64,000 bases of DNA. Origin: Epithemia pelagica. Its lineage: Eukaryota; Protista; Bacillariophyta. The position numbers were made by a program, and so were the translations under genes. The notes under the pieces were generated by a model that was given only the letters and a program-made list of their open reading frames with translations, ran no database searches and was not told where the DNA came from. The stretch's first letter is position 1. Each line of letters opens with the position of its first letter. Below, one piece after another: positions 24,801-35,511 of the stretch. The stretch covers positions 1,922,001 through 1,986,000 of the forward strand of contig OX337233.1 of assembly GCA_946965045.2 (NCBI GenBank), read 5' to 3'.

Positions 24801-25662
24801 TGGGTGTGATCCAGCCATAGTAAAGTGCATAGTTGGGATAGGAATAGGGTTGTGAAGGATGGGTGGTAAGCCTTCCACTGATCAAGGACCAAGAGGAGGA
24901 ACATGCTGCCGAAAACTGTGGCAATGGCACTTGTTGCAAGACAGGTATTCTAGTGCGAGGCGATGGAACCAATTCAAGCTGAGGATTCGGTGCCGTTTCA
25001 CAATCGTCCTCCTCCGACAGGTCCAGTTGCTGCGTGAGGTATCGTTGTTGCTGTTGTTCATAGTGTTCATTCACAATCACGGCTGCTTGTATTAACAACA
25101 AGGCTCCAAATCCTATCGCAGGTATACTCGGACCAGCAGTACTTCCACTGCTGCTACTTGCCATGGCCGCAACGCCAGATCCTATCGAACTTCTTCTTCT
25201 CCGACTCGAAAATGTTCGAGCTGCTGCCACTACCGATTTTCGTGGTTGAGATCGTTTGTGGAAACTCGTGGAAGTCACTCGTTGTTGTTGTTGTGAAGCA
25301 GATTTTGTGGTAGATCTCCTACTGGAGGACGAATGATAGCATCGTTGTTGCTGTTGTTGTTGTGAATGTAGAGATTGCGACGCATGGGAGGTGGATGTTG
25401 GAAACGCCAATCTCGATGGTTGTGAATGATAGTGTTGTTGGTGTTGTTGTTGTTGAAGTACTGGGGAAAGTAGATTGATATCGGAAAAAGAGGAACTTCC
25501 CGCACTCATTGCTCTCCTATCCAAACTGGAAGCACCAGATTGCTCATGATGGTGGTTGTTTTTCATGGGGCGTCGACCACTCGTATTGCTCATGGTGGTG
25601 GTGGTGGCCATTTGTTTCTTCCGACCCAATGAGGTGTACCACGAAAAGAGTGGGTGATTCAT
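21819..25662 (-). CDS. CAMK-like Ser/Thr kinase with an EF-hand, two cNMP-binding domains and C-terminal EF-hands; exons 25662-22638 and 22525-21819
   Basis: GEGTFGAV, VAIKK, HGDLKPEN, DFG, AYSSPE, DMWALGVILY; DPDHRGYIPAKE; IYREGE...FFGEGAL; LFRKGE...MTGEHSF; DDTGTVDWEEF. Intron 22526-22637 joins H-G|VKLNLRE in frame. Confidence 0.93.
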
Positions 25663-26720
25663 TATTGGAGCAACAAGGACGTACTAGGTAGGTACTCACA
25701 CTCCAACGCGGGCCCACCAAAGACCGGGGGAAGACAGAGAGGAGGGAGACTCAAAATCAAGAGAGAGACGGTACGCGGGAAAGGACGCTGATGCCGTTTT
25801 CCCTTTCGGTTCTTTGTTTATGTCGTGTGGTTCTCGCTTTGTTGTTGGTTGCTCCACGTCGTTCGTCTCATCCGCTGAGATACGATGACGACAAGCACTA
25901 CACAAGATAGGATATTGGGTGTCTGCGAAACCTTTTTGTTGCAGAAAGATCGGGCCGGCACCTTCGACACAACACCCCAGACTGAATAACTGTTATGGTT
26001 ATGGGTGTTGATGCAATAATTCTAATCCCGTCGTAACGCTGGATTGTGTTTCTCCATGAGAATGCACCGAACCAGCTCGGCGGTGTTTCTTCCTTACGTG
26101 TGCTCGTTGCGAAAAATTTGCATAATTCTCATAGTTCCACGTGGAAGTACGTGCTGAACTTCGGTAATTATATGCGACCTGTAGAGCGACCCTTTATGCG
26201 ACCTATATGAGTTCTATTTTAACGCATCTGGCGCGCATGCCGTACCGTGTCGTTGAGGTCGCAAATTTTGGCGTGGGTCTTGCGGGATCCGCTTTGAGTA
26301 CTCTTGAGCGATTGAAGATATGGAAATACCGTAAGACATGGATATTCGAAAGGGACGATCTGGGAAGTGGGGTGTAAATGGATGCCAAAATCGGCGACCA
26401 ACTCCGCGCGATTGCCTGCGGGGGTCTTGCGAGCCGGGGGAGCATTCCCTTTGGCGTTCAGTTTGGGGGACGTTGGGGGCGTTTCGTCGATTCGCCGTGC
26501 TAATGCTCGCCGTTGGGTGTGTCTCTTTTCAGCGATGTCTCGGGCTCACGAGTCCAGTTCCAGTGGAAGGAAATGGGGGCAAATCGACAATTGGGCCCAA
26601 GAACGATCGTTTTGCGGTGGTTTGATGGTACCCATGCCTCGCCGGTTTCCTCGCTTGTTGTACTAGATTTCTGCATTGTCGTCGCAGTGAGCTTCTGAGC
26701 CGTGAGACCAGCACCATTCA

Positions 26721-28469
26721 TTGATTCCTTCCATATATCATTTGTTGTTTGGTGGGAGTACCTTTCTTTCGTGGAGCGTGGAGCACGACACAATACCGGT
26801 TTCTCCTTCCTCCAAACGTTTTTCTGGATTTGGAAACTACCACGGAGGCACGAATCCGCCGGCGCCTCGACATCCATATCCTGTTTCTTCCTCTTCACCA
26901 TCCATCTCTCTCAAGGAAGAACGTTTCTCTCCATTGCAAAACGTAACAATGGAGCATTATCATCACTCTTGTTCTACCAGAACAACTCTTCCACATCAAA
27001 AAGAAGAGGGAAAGGACGGGTCGCATTCACCATTGACTCCTTCCCACCACACCCAGTGCTCCTCCTTCCCTCATTCTACCCCTCCTCCTTATTATCACCA
27101 CCACCAAAACAATCACCAAGATACTCAGAGCGAATATGACGAGGAAGAGGATGATGGAGACACAGCTCTAGTCATTGCCTTGGAAACCATGAGTCTATGG
27201 AGTGTATGGGTGGCTTCCACAGTTTGGACATGGCTCGTCCAGCATCTATCCGTCCGCATGCCTCGGTTGGAGTCCTTCTTCTTGTACCAACGATTGTTCC
27301 AGCAGCGGCTCCAATCATGTCAAGACGACAACGATGCTGCCACTAATAGCAACGAGGAGAAGGAAGAATGGTACGACGTTTCCACAACGGCAGCGTGTCT
27401 GGTGGAACGGAAGAAGGTTCATCCTGTGTATTATGTTTCTTCTTCTTCGACCATGTCTCCACCCCTTCGTTCCATTCTCAAAACGACAACCTTCCCATCC
27501 AAGTTTTTGGACGAAGAGACAGATGATACATATTCGGACGATGATACATCCTTTTCGTCTACCACCAGCAGTCAGTCGGAACTTTTGCAAGTTTCCGATC
27601 ATGTTACCGATCCGGACCACGTTGTTTCCTCTTCCTCTCTGATAGTCCCACAAGAACATGACTATGATCCTTCGCAGCAACAACAACCACAAGGACAACG
27701 CAAGGTTCGCTTTGCCGCTTGCAACAGACTGACGGAACGGTCCAAGTGTCCCCCACCCATTTGGCATTTCTATCCAGATTTGCGCAATGACGAACTGTGG
27801 TATACATGTCGAGAGTTGGCCACTATGCGACGACAAGTCCTCTTGTTGCATGCTCGCCAGATTATTGCGCAATCATCGGCCACATCCTCGTTATCTTCGT
27901 CATCTTCGTCATCTTCGTCGTCGTCATCTACAGTTCCCCAGTGGCGTCGAACGCAATGGTGGATTTCGCTCTCGTATTTTCACAATCAGTTGAGACGACA
28001 ATCGTCACAACAATCCTTGGACGGCATGCCACAACAACTATCCGAAACCATTCCTCCGCCCATGCTCCAGGATGACCAACGAACCAAGAATATGCGTTCC
28101 AAATTGACATGGGCCTATGTACAAACACCGGAATTGATTGGTATGGAACGAATGTTACTCGATTTGCTCATGGAAGTGATTGCCCAAAATCAACAACAGC
28201 AATCGCCACAACGCGATGGAACAACAACCGACGACTCGATACAAGAATCAAGTACGAATACTCGTACAGCCGTCTTACAGTATCGGCAGTACCTTGCGGA
28301 ATACCACGGCACGGAGAATTGCATTCCTATGGATCGAATGGAACAAGATCAACGAGTGGCCGACTATCAAGAACGACTCAGTCAACCGCATTGTCAATTT
28401 GCACATGAATTGGCCATGGCGCAAGCTCATGCCTTGCAAATTTCTTTGATGCAAGAAGAAGAGGACTAA
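26721..28469 (+). CDS. Uncharacterised low-complexity protein with an RVxF (PP1-docking-like) motif; true start uncertain (possibly 26946)
   Basis: 582-aa ORF; RKVRF at ~27699 followed by ELWYTCRELATMR. Confidence 0.6.
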   Translation: MIPSIYHLLFGGSTFLSWSVEHDTIPVSPSSKRFSGFGNYHGGTNPPAPRHPYPVSSSSPSISLKEERFSPLQNVTMEHYHHSCSTRTTLPHQKEEGKDGSHSPLTPSHHTQCSSFPHSTPPPYYHHHQNNHQDTQSEYDEEEDDGDTALVIALETMSLWSVWVASTVWTWLVQHLSVRMPRLESFFLYQRLFQQRLQSCQDDNDAATNSNEEKEEWYDVSTTAACLVERKKVHPVYYVSSSSTMSPPLRSILKTTTFPSKFLDEETDDTYSDDDTSFSSTTSSQSELLQVSDHVTDPDHVVSSSSLIVPQEHDYDPSQQQQPQGQRKVRFAACNRLTERSKCPPPIWHFYPDLRNDELWYTCRELATMRRQVLLLHARQIIAQSSATSSLSSSSSSSSSSSSTVPQWRRTQWWISLSYFHNQLRRQSSQQSLDGMPQQLSETIPPPMLQDDQRTKNMRSKLTWAYVQTPELIGMERMLLDLLMEVIAQNQQQQSPQRDGTTTDDSIQESSTNTRTAVLQYRQYLAEYHGTENCIPMDRMEQDQRVADYQERLSQPHCQFAHELAMAQAHALQISLMQEEED

Positions 28470-28940
28470 ACACAAGCAAGCTGTCACGCCAACGAACGAC
28501 ATGTCGATTCACTGTTTGACACTTGTGTGTGCAGTGGCAAACTTTGTCTTTCGAGAACTCTCTCTCGGACCCAACGACATGAATAGATTCACAGTGCAGC
28601 ATGTTTTCCGGAACGGCGAGCACGCTCTCTGTGATACAAGAAACATTGATATGGAGATGTATTCATCTTTCTCTGTCCCTCTAAATTATCATTCTAGAAA
28701 GCATTCCCATTTTTAGAAACAAATCGATCTGGACATAGGAATAGTGCAAGTTGTATCTACCTGCTGCATTGCGATGCGTTCCAAGTGGCTTCCCTTCTCT
28801 CATACAAAATGCACCCTTACTGCTTCGATGTTGCCCCCAGGTACCTACATTTTTTGATGAAGAATAATCAATAGATCAATGATGAAACAATGTTTGCTGA
28901 AGCATTTCCTCCGTGCGAGCGACCCCATCATATTCGGCGC

Positions 28941-31433
28941 TCAATCGTCAATGACAATGACTTGTACCGAGGATGCGGCATTTGAACTTGGTGCGGAAGA
29001 AGAAGATGCTGTCGTATCCTTTTCATCGAGTCGCTGTCGTTTGTTGGAGCGACTGTCATTGTTCTCGCCTTCAGGTTTGTTGTCGTCTGCTAATGTCCCC
29101 GTCTTGCGCTTTTTGTTTTCATCCCTCGATTTATTTCGAACAACCAAGACAATATCCTCGTCGTCGTCATTGTCCTGGCTGTCTTTTGTACTTACCGTTT
29201 GGCTTTTACCGGCAGTACTTGGATTGGTTGTCGATGCATCAGTGGGATTTCCGGTAGGACTGCTGCCCTTACTGGTAGAACCCTTGAGCAAAAACGGAAA
29301 TTCTTCGGTTGTTGTTCCACCCTCCTCTTCTTGTTTTTGACTCACATCTTCAAAGGCATCGATATGAGACACATGGATACTCATTTCCAGAGACTGCGTA
29401 AAATCGTCCACATGCACAATGGACCCATTTGTAATGCCACCAGCCGGCAAGTCTGCCAAAGATTTTGTCCAGTTGACTTGAAAGAGTTCTTGATCCGAAT
29501 CGGGTCCTTGTTCCCAAATTAAGGCCCCTGCCGTTCCAATGGTAATACTAGGTTCTTGTAAGCCTAATTCTTGTTGCAAGACCCGTTCTACCAAATGCTG
29601 CAAGGTCCAACGTTGCGTGTTGCAAGTTAATTCCACCGTCCCCTGACGACACACAAAGCAATTCGGATTGGGCGGATCCAATTTGACGGCTGTAATCACC
29701 AAACCGTTACGGGTAGGATTGCGAAGAATATTACTGTAACAACAACGATCCAAAACACTAGGAAGTGTCGCCTCGTTCGCATTGACCGACTTGTCTGTAT
29801 TGTTTTCCTTGAGTTTTTGTTGTTGTTGTTGTTTGCGAGCCAAAATGACTTCCAACACGCGATATACCTGTATCATTTGCAATCCAGCGGCAATGGCATT
29901 GGTCGTGGCAACTACGTTCCATGAAACCAAGGAACAGAGGTGTACGGTAAAAGTGCCGGCAAGGGGAAAATGGAACAAAACTGTGAGGACCACATTTATT
30001 TCTGTAACCAAGTTACCAGCAAGCACACAAACCAACGCACGTCCAACCAGACAAACGACTTTTCCGAAACACACAAAACAAGACTTTTTACACGTACTGG
30101 CAGGGATAATATTACCAGCAATACCCTTGGCGGAATATAAGGACTGGATGGGTTGAATGGAAAAGACAAGATTGCGTAGATTGGAAGCGGCCGTTACAAA
30201 CAACATGGCTCCGTCATGATCCTTGTCAAAGGATTCCGGAAACGTATGAGTCACTCCACAACATTGCTGCAAGACGGCCGTTAGTTGCGCCACGCATTGA
30301 TCCGGTACTTGCCAATAAGAAACGTCAGTATGAGGAGGAGATGCCGCAGTCGCTGCAGTCTCATCTTGGTCTCCCTCCTTCCAGTCCATGAGTTGATTCA
30401 ACGGTTTCGGTGGATGCAAGGCTGCCTTGTGTCGATCCAAACTCAATTGTTTTTGAATTTCGTCACAATACAAGGTGCGAATCAAGGTCCGAATCAAGGC
30501 CGTACTGCTAGTCGTTGCAGCGGACGATGTATCACTGTTTTTCAGTAATACTTCTCGTACTTGATGAACCGTTTTCATATAGGTGGAAGGCTCTCCATTG
30601 GCTTCTGAATCGGGCTCGTAGAGCATGGATTCTTGTACTTGCGGATGAAACAAGAGTTTGTAAAACTCCTTGGCCCAAACAATGGTATGAACGGGTCGAC
30701 TCGGTGTGGATCGAATGGTACAAATGGGATACACCTTGGGTGTTTCGACTGTTTTGCATTCATAACAGGACGTGGCGGCACCGTCGGAGGGTTGATAAAT
30801 AACGTGCGCTTGTCCCAAATAGCCAGTGGTACCCGCTTCCACCAAGGGAACCTGAGCGGCCAAACACAAGCGATTAACGCGACGACGAGCAGTCAAATTG
30901 TCCAAGGCATTAATGACGACATCGAATCCCTTGACAAATCCCACATGAACCAAGGATGTGTCACAAACGTTGCCGAAGATGGCCTTGTACTGAATAGCGT
31001 CATTGGGAGGCATCATTTGTGAGGCCACTTGAGCCGCTGTGGTACATTTAGGCTGTCCCACATGTTGCGACCGAAACAACAGTTGTCGATTCAAATTCGA
31101 AACATCAATGGTATCCAAATCCATGACCGTGACCTCACAAAAGCCGCTCAAGGCCAAATTCTTCAACACTTCACACCCAATGCCTCCGGCACCTACCAGT
31201 AGCACCTTGCATCCATCCTGTTTGTTGACGGTGGTGGAAGGATTGTACTTGTTTCTGTGCTGCATCCAATCCAACAATTCCGAATTCTCCACCACATTGG
31301 TCAAGGGAGGGAAGGCGGATGAGAATGTCATCTTTCTTTGGTATTTCCGAGTCGAGGCAATCCAAGGAAGACAGCCTGGAAGTGATCTTGGACTCCAGAC
31401 TCCAGATACGAGATGGCGCAACAAAAATGACAC
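28941..31433 (-). CDS. UBA2: SUMO-activating enzyme subunit 2; in-frame 186-bp intron at 29912-30097; start uncertain
   Basis: VLLVGAGGIGCE, DLDTIDVSNLNRQLLF, CYEC, YPICTIRSTPSRPVH (catalytic Cys), GNIIPA|IATTNAI after splicing, PNPNCFVC, C-terminal UFD. Confidence 0.95.
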   Translation of the reverse strand: MSFLLRHLVSGVWSPRSLPGCLPWIASTRKYQRKMTFSSAFPPLTNVVENSELLDWMQHRNKYNPSTTVNKQDGCKVLLVGAGGIGCEVLKNLALSGFCEVTVMDLDTIDVSNLNRQLLFRSQHVGQPKCTTAAQVASQMMPPNDAIQYKAIFGNVCDTSLVHVGFVKGFDVVINALDNLTARRRVNRLCLAAQVPLVEAGTTGYLGQAHVIYQPSDGAATSCYECKTVETPKVYPICTIRSTPSRPVHTIVWAKEFYKLLFHPQVQESMLYEPDSEANGEPSTYMKTVHQVREVLLKNSDTSSAATTSSTALIRTLIRTLYCDEIQKQLSLDRHKAALHPPKPLNQLMDWKEGDQDETAATAASPPHTDVSYWQVPDQCVAQLTAVLQQCCGVTHTFPESFDKDHDGAMLFVTAASNLRNLVFSIQPIQSLYSAKGIAGNIIPASTCKKSCFVCFGKVVCLVGRALVCVLAGNLVTEINVVLTVLFHFPLAGTFTVHLCSLVSWNVVATTNAIAAGLQMIQVYRVLEVILARKQQQQQKLKENNTDKSVNANEATLPSVLDRCCYSNILRNPTRNGLVITAVKLDPPNPNCFVCRQGTVELTCNTQRWTLQHLVERVLQQELGLQEPSITIGTAGALIWEQGPDSDQELFQVNWTKSLADLPAGGITNGSIVHVDDFTQSLEMSIHVSHIDAFEDVSQKQEEEGGTTTEEFPFLLKGSTSKGSSPTGNPTDASTTNPSTAGKSQTVSTKDSQDNDDDEDIVLVVRNKSRDENKKRKTGTLADDNKPEGENNDSRSNKRQRLDEKDTTASSSSAPSSNAASSVQVIVIDD

Positions 31434-32894
31434 ACACCAGGCCGTAGTAACTCCTAGCGGTGTATTTTAAATGGTGGTGTAGGGATAGGGTGTAGGCAAG
31501 GATTGAAACTACCTCTCGTATCCACGTCCTGAAGAACTACAATTGACCGATAGAGAGTGTGGTACATCAGTGTGTATAGTGTCAGTTGTCCGTCGGTACA
31601 GGTCAACGCTGTTTTCTGTCTGTAGTCGGTCGCCCCAACACCCTACTCGTAAACTCTAGGAGTACTGTAGATATTATCGTTATTACTCCTATTTAAAATA
31701 CAAGCTGGTTTCGCGCGCCATATACCTCGTCTATTAAAGTACAAAAATTGTGTACAAATCTAGCAAATACTCCCTTTTTTGGAGTACAAATTATCTCATA
31801 GTAATCTAGCGGTGCGGACGAGTTGCAGTTTTCCGGTTCCTCACATAATTTCGCGATGGTATTCGAGAACGAAAACAACTGCCACCGCTTCAGGTCACCA
31901 TCGCCGTCTGAGGCCGCTGGTACCTGAAGTAATGCACCAGATCGATAGCATAGGTATAACATCAACAGATAATAAAAAAACTTCATGTACGCGGTGCCTG
32001 TAGCTCGAGATATAGCAGTACTTCACGCAACAACAACAACAACAACACGAGAAACTTTCGCCTCGGCCGCTCCCTCGTTTGTCTCCCCAGCGGTCGAGAA
32101 GCAAAGGGGCATAAATGATTACTATGATGGTTTATGTACATAATTGTCAATACAGTATTTGTACTGTAATACACTAGGCAGGTCCCTCGTGAAACCAGCT
32201 TGTATGAGCATCACTCATATTCGTACTCCTATTATTGTACTTCCTCGATAACTGAATTCTGAATTCTGGTAGCTCCAGAGAGGACTTCATTTCTTTGTTA
32301 TTGCCCTCCTTCAAGAACCCCTCCATCTGTGACTGGTCATAGTGCTTAGGGACTACGGACTGCGGGACTACTCGTAGTCCTACAAGCCTTCGAGCTCGTA
32401 CAAACTCGATGAGGTTAAACGTCGATCCCAGTCACAAAAGGAGAGTGTTATGTGTTATGATTTATGATATAGGTTGCGAAGACGAAATAATGATAATGGA
32501 AAAGGGAACATGGAAGTTCACAGAGAACCGGTAGAGGGAATAAAGCTGGGACTACATCCACCGTCGACCATTCTACCATTACTCCTACTCGTACCTCGTA
32601 CACCACGTTTCAGTGTTCTGCTATGTCAACGGTTCCCATCGAGAATAAACTGAATGACAAAACCTTCTCATCCATCACAAAATACAACGCGAGACAACAA
32701 GGCAGGGAATACATCTTGGGAATACAAGACGGAATCTTTGCAAAGTGTCATCTGTGAATGACACCATCACGTGAACATGTTTGTATCCTTCAGAACATGG
32801 TTTTGTCGAAACAAAAAGCTCTTGCTGAGGCCCTCAGTCTCATAAAAATCAATTCCAGCAAATTGAAAAGCCTTCAAGCCACACTCGCATCATC

Positions 32895-33467
32895 ATGAAG
32901 ACTTTTGGTTATGCTCTCCTTCTCCTCACGACCGTTGTCAGCAAGACTTCGGCACAAATGCTTCGAAAACTCCAAAAACCTCCGCCACCGCCACCACCTC
33001 CTCCCCCTCCTCCTCCGTCCAACGACTTTTGCAACAACGCCGAAACCATTGCATGGCCCAGTGCTGGAAATAAGGAAGAAGTTTCGGGATCAATCAATAT
33101 TGTCACTGCGCCGGACCTTTTCAACACTGGGGGTTGCGTCACGAGCGGCAAGGGAGTTTGGTACAAGTTTACGACAGACTCGGCAATTCCTACTGGCACC
33201 ACCGTTAAGATCACAACATGTTATGAAACCTCTACCACGACATTCGAAACCTCCATTACTGTGTTTGATGGAACATGTCCCACATCTCTCATTTGTGAGC
33301 ATGGCACTTTTGACAAATATTCTGATGGTCATACGTGCAACACTGGAAGTTACCATGGGACTGTCCAGAACTCCATGGAGGTCACTTCTGGTACCATTTA
33401 TTACATTCTTGTTACTCATGAAGGTGGCAATGGAGGTGATTTCAAGTTCAAGCTCAAACACAACTAG
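32895..33467 (+). CDS. Secreted protein with a poly-Pro linker and a Cys-containing beta-sandwich (PPC/CUB-like) domain
   Basis: Signal peptide MKTFGYALLLLTTVVSKTSA; P13 run; NDFCNNA...GVWYKF...ITTC...FETSITVFDGTC...IYYILV. Confidence 0.7.
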   Translation: MKTFGYALLLLTTVVSKTSAQMLRKLQKPPPPPPPPPPPPPSNDFCNNAETIAWPSAGNKEEVSGSINIVTAPDLFNTGGCVTSGKGVWYKFTTDSAIPTGTTVKITTCYETSTTTFETSITVFDGTCPTSLICEHGTFDKYSDGHTCNTGSYHGTVQNSMEVTSGTIYYILVTHEGGNGGDFKFKLKHN

Positions 33468-34015
33468 GAGGTCCAACAACGAAGGACATCAAATCACTTT
33501 AAAATGGGTTGGGGACAAAGGTTCACGTTTTTTCAGGAAAAGATTCCTTTCAGTGTCATCATTTTTTGCCTAAGCATTCATTTCTATAAACGATCAATTC
33601 AATAATACTCTTTCGTTGTTGTACCAATCATATGCTAATTTTCGAGATGCTGCCTCTACAATCCCTTTGGTTCTACCGTGGTAGTTTATGGTTACGTTGG
33701 CAGCTCTACTAGGGTGAAATTCTGGTTGTTCAATCTAAAAGTTGGCCATATAGTTGTCATCGACATCTGGATTTGCGTTATCTGTTGGCGATTGAAAAAA
33801 ACTCTATCATTGTAGGGGACCAACAAGTCCATGGAGATGAGGAATGACAACAGTCCAGCGTGACAACAAGGCCAGACCTGCCATCAGACGTGCTCTGTAT
33901 CTCATATTGAAATTGTAGTACTCATCTGATTTTGTCGGTGTTGCAACTTTTATGAAATAAATCACATGTTCTGAGTTGATTGCTCATGAACATGTAGTGA
34001 TAACTGACATGTTCA

Positions 34016-35097
34016 TCAGCGAGACTGGTCCAGGGCTTCCTGATCCTCGTCTGTTTCCTCATAGAATTCATCGTTTTCTTCGATTGTTTCTTCGAGTAGT
34101 TTTTCTTCCCCCCACAAGAGGGATTGGTCATATGCCGTATCCTCATCCGCACCATATCGAACTTGCTCCTTGAGTTTGCGAGACGCTGTGAAGCGGGCAA
34201 TTCGAGTGGCAGGCAACATCCTTCGTTTGCCCGACTGCCAGTTTTGCAAGTCGACGGCTTCATGTTCTTTTCGGGTATGAACTTTCCATTTTCCTAGTCG
34301 ATACAAGGCGACTGTACGGCCTTCTTTCAATGCCTAACACCAAGCGTTCGAGGCCACAATTATCAAGTGTAACATTTGAGTGAGTTCTGTCTCCCTGAAC
34401 ATATGCAGTAGAGTTACCTGTCACGGTAATTCAAATTCAAACTTACATCTTGAATCTGTTTTGTCATGGTTTGAACAATTTGTTTCATTTTAATTTTCGT
34501 AATATCATGGTTCGCCGCCACAGAATCAATCAAATCTTTGGTCGTACAAACATTATCACTGTTTCCTTTTCGTCGTCGTTCTCCTCCAGCACGAGAAGAT
34601 GCCGTTGATAACCATTCGTCATTGACAGGTGACAAGAATGGATCCGAGGTAATGCTCTTATTGTTGTCGTTGTTTTTCGGGGATTCATACCAGTTCCATT
34701 CTGCTTCCTGTGGTTCCAGAGGTGGAGGTTTTGGCCGAAGAGGACCACGACGATCCCCGTCTTGCGAACTGAAATATCTTGCCTTCTCAAAAATGCGGTT
34801 TCGACAAGACCAGAACCCGAGGCTTCTATGATGATGGATTGGATCGGTGACTGCGGGAGTGTTGCGTCGCGCCAAAATTGAAATTTGATTTGAAAGATAG
34901 TTATCAAGCTTGTCAGAGGATCCACCGCTCCTCTTTGTTGCCAAGAAGCACAACATCCTGTTATCTTTTGTTTCAGCCGATGCAACGGAACCTTGGTGTG
35001 GGAATTTCATGTGAAGGCTCTTCCAGTTGTTCGGAAACCGAGCCCTTGTCTTGAATGCCGCCCATAGCTTTGAAGCTTGACGACAAAGATGGATCAT
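34016..35097 (-). CDS. HU/IHF-like DNA-binding protein 2 with a mitochondrial-type presequence and acidic tail; exons 35097-34447 and 34333-34016 (322 aa)
   Basis: Spliced product: TTKDLIDSVAANHDITKIKMKQIVQTMTKQIQD|ALKEGRTVALYRLGKWKVHTRKEHEAVDLQ...MLPATRIARFTASRKLKEQV. Intron GTAAGT...TTAG. KARYFSS upstream. Confidence 0.85.
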
Positions 35098-35511
35098 CGT
35101 CTTACAAGAGTGGCTTGTCAGGGTCTTCTTGATGCTTTCCGGTCCTTAAATATCGTCGTATGTTAATGTCTCCGCGTTGAAGTCCCCATCATGGATGTTT
35201 TGTCGGATCTTGCGATCCTTACAAGCATATAACTTTGAACCCTATTGAAGAAGATACCTATAGATGGAGCATCAGACTGTACATAGCTACTCCTCTGCTT
35301 GAGCTTTCAGCCCATGAATGGGGAATGGGGACCAAAGACCTCTAATGCACAGAGCATGGAATGGTCAAATAATTTCTTCATGAAGCAAACTAATTCTACT
35401 AGCCATACGTCTTTTGATAGAACTACGATACGCGTTATGGGGAAAATAATTTCGTTTGAGTTCATTTCTACCTTAGTGTTCAACAGACGACCAACCGACC
35501 TCACAATACTG

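Noticed and set aside
26170-26720. Overlapping short minus-strand ORFs and GCGACC repeats between the kinase and the RVxF gene
   Set aside because: No frame gives a recognisable protein or consistent splice model, and no TIR/TSD pair was found.
31660-32170. Possible MITE bounded by TACTGTA/TACAGTA motifs
   Set aside because: The inverted match is only ~7 bp, with no TSD and no second copy in the window.
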